From Bacteriovoracia bacterium (GTDB lineage Bacteria; Bdellovibrionota; UBA1018; CAIPTA01), in the NCBI GenBank assembly GCA_050246755.1, contig JBFWVL010000005.1, positions 128,001 to 192,000 on the forward strand: a stretch of 64,000 bases of DNA, given 5' to 3'. A program made the position numbers and the translations under genes. Under the pieces are notes generated by a model that had not been told where the DNA came from, did not search any database, and was given only the letters and a program-made list of their open reading frames with translations. Each line of letters starts with the position of its first letter. Within the stretch, counting starts at the first letter, position 1. Of the stretch, positions 56,012 to 64,000 are shown one piece after another.

Positions 56012-59000
56012 TCAGACGATTTCAAACGACCCAAATGCAATTAGTTCCGGCTCTGAAGCAATGCTAGTTTTACTTTCCAGCGTAGCTATAAGCTTTTTCT
56101 CGCGGTCTCGGGAGTTCCTGCCAACTTCCGCCAGCTCTTCGTCGATCTTAAGTTGTTTGTCCTTCAGTTTGGAAATCTCAGAATTGATTTCGCTCTGAGC
56201 TTTGAGGGGCAATTTCCGCCGTTCCTTCTTCAGCTCCTCAATGCGCTTTTGGAGGTCGTCTTTCTCATATCTCTTCTGTCTTTCAAGGTCTTCAAAGAGG
56301 TGTTCGATTTTTTCCAATTCTTCATGATACAGCTCCTCCGTGTTTCCCATGAGGATTGCCTTTTGCCGTTCGACTTCCGTTTTTAGAAAATCACGGCAAT
56401 GGGTTCCAGTTGGAGGTGAACATGGTTTTTGGTCCATCTCGCTGCTGACGGTAATAAGCTTCGTAGCAAGTTCGATGTCGAGAGCCTGTTGCCCAATTAG
56501 AAAAATAGGAACTAGTACATCGAAAGACTCGATCCCGTTAATTCTGACTCGATGGAGTTCAAAAGATCCCTTCTGGCCGACGTATGGCTCTAGTAGGGAA
56601 ATCCGGTGACGGCCCGACATATTGAATTTGACGTGACCACTTAACACCGACTTCGGCACTAGGTCTCGAAATCCATTGTGTCCCGAGTGGATAAGCTGAC
56701 AATCGTCGCCACTTGTCTTTACAAATTTGTATAGAACTTCGGCTTCAAGCCCGCGGAAATTTTCTTTCAGCTTCAATTCCTGTCCGTCGTACTGCCTGGT
56801 GGACTCAGGCACTATGGAGAGCACACAGTCGCGAACCAGTGCCTGTTTTGCGTCTATGGCGTCCTTCGCCTTCTGGTGTACGTCTTTCAATCTCTTTTGA
56901 ACGTCTTCGTCAAATTCAGCCAGTAACTTTTCGCGGGCACCTCTTAACCGTTCATCGACGGCCTCGCGATTGTTCTCCATCATTTCGGCGAATTTTCGGT
57001 CGATCTCTTCGGGCGTCCGGCACGAAAGGTAAATCCCAAGGATTTCCTTTTCCACATCTGTACCAGATTGAATTGCCCCTAAGACTTCGTCTGATACACC
57101 GAATGCACCTTCGAAAAGATGGAATTTCTCGTCCAGCAATTCAAGAACACGTCTGTCTGCGTGGTTTCTTTTATTTACGAAATTCACAACCACCACGTCT
57201 AGTTTCTGTCCGTAACGATGACAGCGCCCGATTCGTTGCTCAATACGTTGTGGGTTCCAGGGAAGATCGTAGTTAATAATCAAGTTGCAGAATTGTAGAT
57301 TCAGTCCCTCGGCGCCGGCTTCAGTAGTAAGGAAGACTTTCTTGCTGTCCCTAAATTCATTCACGAGTCTTCGGCGGCTCTCTGCATCGCCGACGCTACC
57401 ATTGAAGAGGACAATATCGTTTTCAAGCGTAAGTCCCATTTGCTGAAGGACGTTGATGACATACTGCTGAGTCGTTTTGAATTCCGTAAAAATGACGGCT
57501 TTTTCCGGCCATCCTTCCGCTCTAGCTTTGCGGAACTGCTCTTCCAAGGCTTTCTTCAGCGCGTCGCCTTTGGTGTTCTCCCGAATCTTTTTCGTTAGGC
57601 AGATAAATTGTAGAACTTGTCTGGCTTCGATTAGAACCGTGTCATGAGACGGTCGTTGCGCAGAGAGATCGTCTCCCAAAGCTTCTTCAAGGTCATCTTC
57701 GTCATAGTTTTCGGAGATTTCCTCCTCTTCGCCGATCAAGTCTTCTAGTTCCGAAGGCGCGACCGATTCTCGCAGACCTTCGTAAGATTTCGGCCGCACG
57801 TTTTTGTAGAGGAGTTTCTCGAAGTCTTCGAGTTCGAGAGAACGCTTACCGTTATCAAGGGTCAGAGTTTTGCTTATTTCAGCCATGAGCTTCTTGTGAA
57901 GCTCACGGTCGTCGGCCTGAACTGCATAGAGAACGAACCGTTTGTAGATTCCGAGGAGACTATTCTTTAGAGCAAATGAAGAACTCGCCAGAAGTTTGCA
58001 GTAGATGAGCTTTAGCAGGTGGGAGGCCATCGGAGGAATACCCAGAATATCATCCCGAGTGAGGTAAGCCTCAAAATCCTTCCGCAGTTCTTCCTCTTCG
58101 TCGTCCGGATCAAATTCCAGCGTTATTGCGTGCCTCTGGGTGTATTTGATGAAGTCGCTGACATTTTTGCGAAGTTCTCTATGAAAGAACTTCTTCATTC
58201 GATACTTGAGTTCCGCAAGGCGCTCCTCGCGATCCTCGTCAGGAATTTTTTGAAAGGTGCGTTGAAAGCTCTCTTGAGTGCCGAGAATCGACTCCTCTAT
58301 GAAGGAGGTCAATCCATAGAGTTCCATCAAGTTGTTTTGCATCGGCGTCGCGGTCAAGAGGACTTTCTTGAAGGGCCGAATCGTTTCTCGAATTAGCTTT
58401 GCTCTCTGAGCCTGCTTTTTACCGGGCCGCCATACGTTTCTGAGCTTGTGCGCTTCATCGACCACGATCAAATCCCAAGCAATGCTCGCCAATTTTCCCG
58501 AATACTTATTAAAGAAGTGCTCATTCGTGATAACGATTTTTTCTTTCGCGTCGAGCGGAGATGGCTGTCCATTCTTCGTCGTTGCCTTGATTGACTGCGT
58601 GTCAATGATCCGGCTTTCCAGGCCAAAGAGATTCTGCAACTCATCTTGCCACTGATGGCGCAGTGATTTTGGCGCCACGATCAGGAATGAGCGTCTACCT
58701 TCTGCCCATAGCTGGCTGAGGACGAGTCCTGTTTCAATGGTTTTTCCAAGACCGACTTCATCAGCGAGAATAACTCCGCCAGCCAATGGATTTCGAAACG
58801 CAAAGGTAGCTGCCTCGACTTGGTGTGGGTTTAGATCGACTTTCGCTTCGATAATTGCTTGGTCCGTGGACTCACGGTCCCATTTTGGTTTTCGAAGCGT
58901 GAGGAGATTCATGTAGTAGAAAATCTGAAGTTCCGAGAGCCGATTATAGGCGGCAGCGCTGTCGCTCTTTGAATCTACGTTCCTCACGCTAGGCCACCCT

Positions 59001-59017
59001 TTGGAGTTGTTGCTCAA
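56012..59017 (-). CDS. SNF2-family helicase/ATPase
   Basis: LADEVGLGKT, DEAH, LTATP, EGLNLQ and QRIGRCHRYGQ. Confidence 0.95.
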   Translation of the reverse strand: MSNNSKGWPSVRNVDSKSDSAAAYNRLSELQIFYYMNLLTLRKPKWDRESTDQAIIEAKVDLNPHQVEAATFAFRNPLAGGVILADEVGLGKTIETGLVLSQLWAEGRRSFLIVAPKSLRHQWQDELQNLFGLESRIIDTQSIKATTKNGQPSPLDAKEKIVITNEHFFNKYSGKLASIAWDLIVVDEAHKLRNVWRPGKKQAQRAKLIRETIRPFKKVLLTATPMQNNLMELYGLTSFIEESILGTQESFQRTFQKIPDEDREERLAELKYRMKKFFHRELRKNVSDFIKYTQRHAITLEFDPDDEEEELRKDFEAYLTRDDILGIPPMASHLLKLIYCKLLASSSFALKNSLLGIYKRFVLYAVQADDRELHKKLMAEISKTLTLDNGKRSLELEDFEKLLYKNVRPKSYEGLRESVAPSELEDLIGEEEEISENYDEDDLEEALGDDLSAQRPSHDTVLIEARQVLQFICLTKKIRENTKGDALKKALEEQFRKARAEGWPEKAVIFTEFKTTQQYVINVLQQMGLTLENDIVLFNGSVGDAESRRRLVNEFRDSKKVFLTTEAGAEGLNLQFCNLIINYDLPWNPQRIEQRIGRCHRYGQKLDVVVVNFVNKRNHADRRVLELLDEKFHLFEGAFGVSDEVLGAIQSGTDVEKEILGIYLSCRTPEEIDRKFAEMMENNREAVDERLRGAREKLLAEFDEDVQKRLKDVHQKAKDAIDAKQALVRDCVLSIVPESTRQYDGQELKLKENFRGLEAEVLYKFVKTSGDDCQLIHSGHNGFRDLVPKSVLSGHVKFNMSGRHRISLLEPYVGQKGSFELHRVRINGIESFDVLVPIFLIGQQALDIELATKLITVSSEMDQKPCSPPTGTHCRDFLKTEVERQKAILMGNTEELYHEELEKIEHLFEDLERQKRYEKDDLQKRIEELKKERRKLPLKAQSEINSEISKLKDKQLKIDEELAEVGRNSRDREKKLIATLESKTSIASEPELIAFGSFEIV

Positions 59018-60998
59018 TCTCGTTCTTCCAATGCTGGTAAATCATCACCATCGCAAGCGTATCGAGTTCACAATATTTGAGGAGTGCCCGAATTACGAAA
59101 TCGGTCTCCTTTGCGCTTATTTGAGTAAACTGCATTCGAGAATATGCGGTCATTGCAGCTCCTCCGTCTGCAATGCTGCCGTCAGTGATAACTGAATCCA
59201 TTTCCTCTGATGCGAGATCGTCGAAGATCGGCGGCAGAAGCTTGTATGGGTCTACAATCTTCCCGTGTTCGTCCTTTTGAATCCACGCCCAGCCGACAAA
59301 GTTGAGGCTCTTTTGAGAATTTGATCCGTAAGACGCTTGGGAATAGATGCTCTGGAGGTAACTCGATCCGTTGAGAATTGCGGGCAAAACCTTCTTGATG
59401 GAATTTGAGCCCTTGGTTTCCGGGTGATAGTAGAACCGCTTCACTAACTCGCACATATCAACCATCGCGCGAGGCCCTGTCCATGTCGATCCTGCGTCCT
59501 GTTGACCTTCGGTGATGGATTCGATAAACGCGATCAATTCCTCGCGATCTTCGACATCTGCTGCGTTCCGAAGTTGGTTCCGAATTTGACAGAGGACGGT
59601 ATTTTCATGGGTCGCGTAGCGGAAAATGGTGCCGTCGTTCTTTGAGAGGCAATCTCTCAAAGCTCGAACGAACTCGAAATTCGGGAACTGTCCCTTTTTC
59701 GCGCTGATGAACTGGTTCGCATGGCTGATTACTCCATCCTCGGTGATGATATGGTGAGAAAATTGAAATGCAATTTGCTCGTAGGGCCTTCGACCAATAT
59801 GAAACGGAATTGCGGCCAGCGTAGTTTCAAAGTCGATAAAGTTGAGAGGAAATTTCCAGGTGCGCATGTGAGCGGCGAGGCCGTCCACGTCGAGATAAGG
59901 TGACGGATCGGATTTGCGAATTTTTTCGACCTGAAGCCACTGTCGCTCGCTGCTTGAGAGCCCAGGCTTCTTGCGATCTGGGGTGGGAGAGATGTCCTCG
60001 ATGTCAACCTGTGCCATCCAAACCTTGCCAGCATCGAGAAGCTTTGAAGCTTTGCGAAAGTTCCAAATGTCGAAAACAAATGGTTTAACAAAATCGGATG
60101 CGGACAGCTTCTTGTCGTGCTCCCAGCATTTTTCAAATCCGCTTTCGAGTCCAAGTTTCTTCGACTTTTCATCAATCCGAAATTCACAGCTCTTGCAGTG
60201 TGAGCCAACAGTCGGCTTCACGAACTTTGTCTTTTGGCAGACGTCCGAAAGAAACTCTACGAACTCTTCGAATGGTTTTTCTTCAAAGTATTTGGAGCTA
60301 CGAAGCAACTCGATTTCGCGATCGACGCAAATCTTTACTAAGAGTGGTGCGCCCAAGGCTGCTTTTGTGGTTCCTCGCTCCGTTGTGGCGCGGCTTCGTC
60401 CTGACGAGTCTTTCTCAAGAAAGAATTTTTGATTTATTCCGTTAACCGTTGCGACGGCGGATTTGTCCGCCAGCATGAGGTGACTCGACAACTGAATTCC
60501 CGGCAAGCATTTTCGAATCACCAGTGATTGAAATGCGACGTCAATGAGATATGGCGCCCACTCGGAACTGAGTTTAGGATCACCTTTCTTAAGGCTCGTC
60601 TTGTTATAGAAGGGATCTTCTTCCGAAGGGTCGAAGCTTTTCGCTTTCACTTCTATGAGCTCGATTGAATCGCCGTTTTTCACAACAACGTCGGCTCTAA
60701 TGAACAAATTCTCGAAGCGAAATGCCGCCTCGTAAATCGTGACGGATTCTCTTTTCAAGAGCTCTTGAGTTTCCGAAACCGCAGAATCCTTGTCGAGCGT
60801 CGTAATTTCGATGCCGTTCGGGTGATAGACCTTTGCCAGTTCTCCAACTTGGAAACCACCTTCCGCGAGCGCTTCGAGAAAAGAGTTGTCGGTGTTGTTA
60901 TTCCCGAATCTTTTGTCATCGAGGTAGAAGAGTTTGGTTGGGCACTCGTGACCAATTTTAAATCTTGATTTGGTCAGGTATCGACTTTTGTTGCTCAT
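58989..60998 (-). CDS. DUF2779 protein (Cas4/RecB-like nuclease plus RNase H-like domain)
   Basis: LTKSRF…CP, ADVV…IEVK, HCKSCEF…C, IDFET, FQFSHH and YCELDT. Confidence 0.8.
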   Translation of the reverse strand: MSNKSRYLTKSRFKIGHECPTKLFYLDDKRFGNNNTDNSFLEALAEGGFQVGELAKVYHPNGIEITTLDKDSAVSETQELLKRESVTIYEAAFRFENLFIRADVVVKNGDSIELIEVKAKSFDPSEEDPFYNKTSLKKGDPKLSSEWAPYLIDVAFQSLVIRKCLPGIQLSSHLMLADKSAVATVNGINQKFFLEKDSSGRSRATTERGTTKAALGAPLLVKICVDREIELLRSSKYFEEKPFEEFVEFLSDVCQKTKFVKPTVGSHCKSCEFRIDEKSKKLGLESGFEKCWEHDKKLSASDFVKPFVFDIWNFRKASKLLDAGKVWMAQVDIEDISPTPDRKKPGLSSSERQWLQVEKIRKSDPSPYLDVDGLAAHMRTWKFPLNFIDFETTLAAIPFHIGRRPYEQIAFQFSHHIITEDGVISHANQFISAKKGQFPNFEFVRALRDCLSKNDGTIFRYATHENTVLCQIRNQLRNAADVEDREELIAFIESITEGQQDAGSTWTGPRAMVDMCELVKRFYYHPETKGSNSIKKVLPAILNGSSYLQSIYSQASYGSNSQKSLNFVGWAWIQKDEHGKIVDPYKLLPPIFDDLASEEMDSVITDGSIADGGAAMTAYSRMQFTQISAKETDFVIRALLKYCELDTLAMVMIYQHWKNEIEQQLQRVA

Positions 60999-61113
60999 CC
61001 GGTTAGTCCGCCTTAGCTGTAAGCCTTTGAATTCACTTAAGCTTATCGGTAGTGCCACGCTAAAGGTTTAGGCCCTACGACGCGTGCAATTTCATCAAAC
61101 GCTGTAGAACGAG

Positions 61114-61150
61114 GTATTACGCGTTGACACTGTTTCCGTGCGCGTTATAC
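61114..61150 (+). promoter_or_regulatory. Sigma70-like promoter bracketed by an inverted repeat
   Basis: GTATTACGCG (61114-61123) and CGCGTTATAC (61141-61150) flank TTGACA (61124-61129). Confidence 0.55.
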
Positions 61151-61182
61151 ACGCCATCACTAACGAACTGGACGAAGGACAG

Positions 61183-61392
61183 ATGTCGAGGACAAGGGCG
61201 ATCCGATTTTCAAATGATGAGGAGAAGCAGATTGAGGAGTTCCTAGAGAACAACTCGTTTCTGGATTTCTCCTCTCTCGCACGCTTGGCGATCCTGACCT
61301 TCATCAAAGAGCCGAAGATAACCATTCGGCCTAATAAGGAATCGCGCTCGGCGCCTGAACGGAGACAGAGACATGACCAACCAGAACAGTAA
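61183..61392 (+). CDS. Ribbon-helix-helix regulator
   Basis: GAAGGA RBS; MSRTRAIRFSNDEEKQI…FSSLARLAI. Confidence 0.7.
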   Translation: MSRTRAIRFSNDEEKQIEEFLENNSFLDFSSLARLAILTFIKEPKITIRPNKESRSAPERRQRHDQPEQ

Positions 61393-61401
61393 GGTATTGC
61401 G

Positions 61402-62892
61402 ATGAACTCTTTAGATAAGGACCCCGGAGTTCTGCTCTCGTTCCCCGAAGGAAGTCCAATTGCATTTCCGATTGAATCTGAAAAGCCCGGCTTCTCGGGA
61501 CCTGTCTCGGGACCCATGTGGGACAGTCTTTCCAAACTTGATTCTTCTTACGACGATACTTTCGATTATTCCGTCTATGACAAGTTGTACGCAAAGTTTG
61601 GCGATAACCAGCCTCGCGGCGGTGTCGTCTTCAAGTCCGCTCTACGGCTTGCCAACTTTCACGATAGCTGCTCGAAGTGTCATTACTCCTTCGAGATCGA
61701 CACTTATGGGCGAGGCTGCGTTCATAATTGCCATTACTGTTATGCGAAGGACAGTCTCACGAAACATGGAGCGTGGAATCGGCCGCATCCTTTTCCGTTC
61801 GACGTAGCGGCGATTCGCAAAATTTTCTACACCGTTTTCGAAACTGATAAAAAGACGAAGTGGCGTGCTGTTATGGGTAGGCGAACGCCACTGAGAATCG
61901 GCTCGATGTCCGATTCTTTTATGTGGATGGATCAAAAGTACGGCGTCACCCTTGAGCTCCTGAAAATTCTTAATCACTATAAGTATCCGCACATCATCTT
62001 CACGCGCTCAGACTTGATAGCGACCGAAAAATATTTGTCCGCCTTGAGACCCGATCTGGCTTCGGTTCAATTCTCTATCTCAAGCAACAACGAGGCTTTC
62101 ACAAGAAAGGCTGAACCTGGCGCGCCCAGTATTCAGCGTCGGCTTCAAGCATTGAAAGTGCTTAACGAAGAAGGATTTAGAACGGCAGTTCGCATTAACC
62201 CGCTGTTTCCCACTTATCCTGATGGATATTTCACCGATCCGGAGAGCATTCGAGCGCGTTTCGGATCGCATGAAAATGCGCCAAAGTTTGGATTCTTTGA
62301 CATTGAGACGGTTGGTGAGTTCTTAGATAAGATCAAGGAATCTAAAACGCCGACGATTCTGGCTGGCTTCGTAAGACTCACTCCTTACACGATTAACCGG
62401 ATGAGAGACATTTCTGGCGTAGACATGAGATCGTTCTTTCGCCCAGAGAACTTCAACACTGGCGTTCGAGGAAACACGGACAAGAATTATTCAGACCGCG
62501 AAATTTCCTTCTATTATAAAAAAATCCACGCAGAAGCCATGAGCCGCGGCCTTCGATTCACAACTTGTTACATTGGAAATGGTTTGAAGGATTATTTTCA
62601 GTACCAAAACCTTTGGAGCAACAAGAAAGACTGCTGCGACGTCAGCGGAAACGTGGCTTCGTTTAAGACTTCCTGCCAAGAAATCAGTTGGGAAGATCGT
62701 GCAAAGCACGCCGCAAAGAAAATGTTTGTCGATCGTGCAATGAAAGAGGAAGCATACTATACGGCTCTTGCTGAACGGGCTACTTCTGGGGTGGCTACTG
62801 TGGCTGAAGAATCCCTGGAATCTTCTACGGTCATTCCAAAATCGAAAATGCGCGAAAAGATCGACTTGTCCACGAACATGGAGAGTCCTTGA
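61402..62892 (+). CDS. SplB/Rv2578c-like radical SAM protein
   Basis: DTYGRGCVHNCHYCYA, RIGSMSD, EPGAPSIQRRL and RINP. Confidence 0.85.
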   Translation: MNSLDKDPGVLLSFPEGSPIAFPIESEKPGFSGPVSGPMWDSLSKLDSSYDDTFDYSVYDKLYAKFGDNQPRGGVVFKSALRLANFHDSCSKCHYSFEIDTYGRGCVHNCHYCYAKDSLTKHGAWNRPHPFPFDVAAIRKIFYTVFETDKKTKWRAVMGRRTPLRIGSMSDSFMWMDQKYGVTLELLKILNHYKYPHIIFTRSDLIATEKYLSALRPDLASVQFSISSNNEAFTRKAEPGAPSIQRRLQALKVLNEEGFRTAVRINPLFPTYPDGYFTDPESIRARFGSHENAPKFGFFDIETVGEFLDKIKESKTPTILAGFVRLTPYTINRMRDISGVDMRSFFRPENFNTGVRGNTDKNYSDREISFYYKKIHAEAMSRGLRFTTCYIGNGLKDYFQYQNLWSNKKDCCDVSGNVASFKTSCQEISWEDRAKHAAKKMFVDRAMKEEAYYTALAERATSGVATVAEESLESSTVIPKSKMREKIDLSTNMESP

Positions 62893-63338
62893 GTCGTACA
62901 AAGTCGATTCCCGGAATAAATATACAGTGGCCTTGGAGTCGCCTGATTGTTGACGGCAGCAAGACTGTCGAGACACGCCGTTATCCCATTCCTTCGCATT
63001 ATCTCGAAGTGCCGCTCGCGATTATTGAAACGCCTGGCCCAAAGGGAAAGTCGGAAGCCCAGATTCTCAAGGCACAGGTAGTCGGAATCGTCTGTTTTAA
63101 ACGTAGCTTTAGGTATTCAACCGCTGCTGACTGGCGCGACGATTTTAAACGCCATCAAGTGTCGGCAGATTCCCAGTTTCGCTTCGACTCAAAAAAAGAG
63201 ACGTGGGGATGGGAAATCATGTCGGTTACGAAATTCGCAAAGCCGTATCCCGCGCCCTCAAAGCGCGGGATCGTCTTTACTAAAAGCTGCAAAATCTCTA
63301 GCGGCGAGCCGTCTTCTTTTCTGTCGCCGGAGCTCTAA
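62889..63338 (+). CDS. ASCH domain protein
   Basis: IQWPWSRLIVDGSKTVETR (GxKxxExR); overlaps the radical SAM stop. Confidence 0.85.
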   Translation: MSRTKSIPGINIQWPWSRLIVDGSKTVETRRYPIPSHYLEVPLAIIETPGPKGKSEAQILKAQVVGIVCFKRSFRYSTAADWRDDFKRHQVSADSQFRFDSKKETWGWEIMSVTKFAKPYPAPSKRGIVFTKSCKISSGEPSSFLSPEL

Positions 63339-64000
63339 CCAATCCGGAACACAACTCATCCAAGTCTCCAAGGGCCTTTTGAAGGGCTTTGATTGAGACG
63401 TTGTCTTTTCCTACTCCGGGTTTCAGCTCCTGACGGTCTAGGACATTTCGAATGATCGTCGTTTTGGTGCCGCCCTTTAATAGGTTGCTGACGAGCCCCG
63501 AAATCTGTTCATAGTGCGACACAACCTTTTCCCGAACCGATTTTTGAGTCAGAAGCGTTACAGGAATTGGCAGGCGCGCCAACTGTGGTGTTCCAATCCT
63601 CAGAGCCCCGCCGTTGAGATGCAGCGACTCGAACATATTTGAGTAAATTTCGGTAGCAACAGACGAATTTAGGTAAGCGGCGATTGCCTTCAATTCCTCT
63701 TTGTCGCCGAAAATCATCGTTGTCGAAATTCCAGGCGCATATGATCCGTTGTCGAAATATGCTCGGAGCATTTGGGTCATATTAGGAATGATAATCTTCT
63801 GCGTTTGATACTGCTTCTTTCTCTTATCAATAATTTTAGAAGATGAGAGGTCGAGGTACGGACTTTCGTAGCCGGCCTTCAAATACTGCACTTTCTGTAG
63901 ACCCCAAGTACACGCGAATCCCAGGACGTTTCCGCTAACGATGAATTTCACGGATTGCTTCGGTCGCTTCTCGGTAATGTTCGGCTTAATGCACTTGTAG
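63298..64000 (-). CDS. C-terminal part (TaqI_C-like specificity region) of an Eco57I/type IIG-like DNA methyltransferase; 5' end outside the window
   Basis: Frame open to the window edge; KIIIP…AYFD, AYLNS and LPIP motifs. Confidence 0.7.
   Translation of the reverse strand, partial: YKCIKPNITEKRPKQSVKFIVSGNVLGFACTWGLQKVQYLKAGYESPYLDLSSSKIIDKRKKQYQTQKIIIPNMTQMLRAYFDNGSYAPGISTTMIFGDKEELKAIAAYLNSSVATEIYSNMFESLHLNGGALRIGTPQLARLPIPVTLLTQKSVREKVVSHYEQISGLVSNLLKGGTKTTIIRNVLDRQELKPGVGKDNVSIKALQKALGDLDELCSGLVRAPATEKKTARR

Larger units (their letters stand above)
24180..64000. mobile_element. Integrative conjugative element (right end outside the window)
   Basis: att core, tyrosine integrase, xis, relaxase/MobC/oriT, coupling protein, F-type T4SS and cargo; no second att copy seen in the window. 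Confidence 0.85.

Noticed and set aside
58989-60998. cas4 of a CRISPR-Cas locus
   Set aside because: No other cas genes or array; the architecture fits DUF2779 proteins.

Overview
The window looks like a Bdellovibrionota/Oligoflexia-type chromosome. This is an inference from two TIGR02147-like genes, many secreted orphans and FliA-like promoters. Bases 1-24.1 kb are host or accessory genes: secreted proteins, glycosyltransferases, an alcohol dehydrogenase, an orphan DctP and a SIR2-like gene. From about 24180 to beyond the window end lies an integrative conjugative element (ICE). Its left boundary is a 15-bp copy of an initiator tRNA-Met 3' end. It carries a tyrosine integrase, xis, a MOBP relaxase/MobC pair with an IncP-like oriT, and an F-type tra operon that has an unusual TraD-TraU fusion and a PilB/GspE ATPase. 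The main finding is at 46.5-54.0 kb, directly upstream of tra: a six-gene operon of sigma54 response regulator, MFS transporter, orphan peptide-binding lipoprotein, hybrid histidine kinase, an unannotated 26-aa Ser-rich precursor peptide (47809-47889) and a stand-alone LanM-type dehydratase (DUF4135). The same 20-bp palindrome and a -24/-12 promoter occur upstream of both this operon and the transfer region. This suggests a RiPP-based quorum-sensing circuit controlling ICE conjugation. Further cargo includes an XRE pair with twin operators, a DUF2779-SNF2 pair, an RHH/radical SAM/ASCH operon and a partial DNA methyltransferase. All family calls come from reading motifs by eye; no database searches were run.
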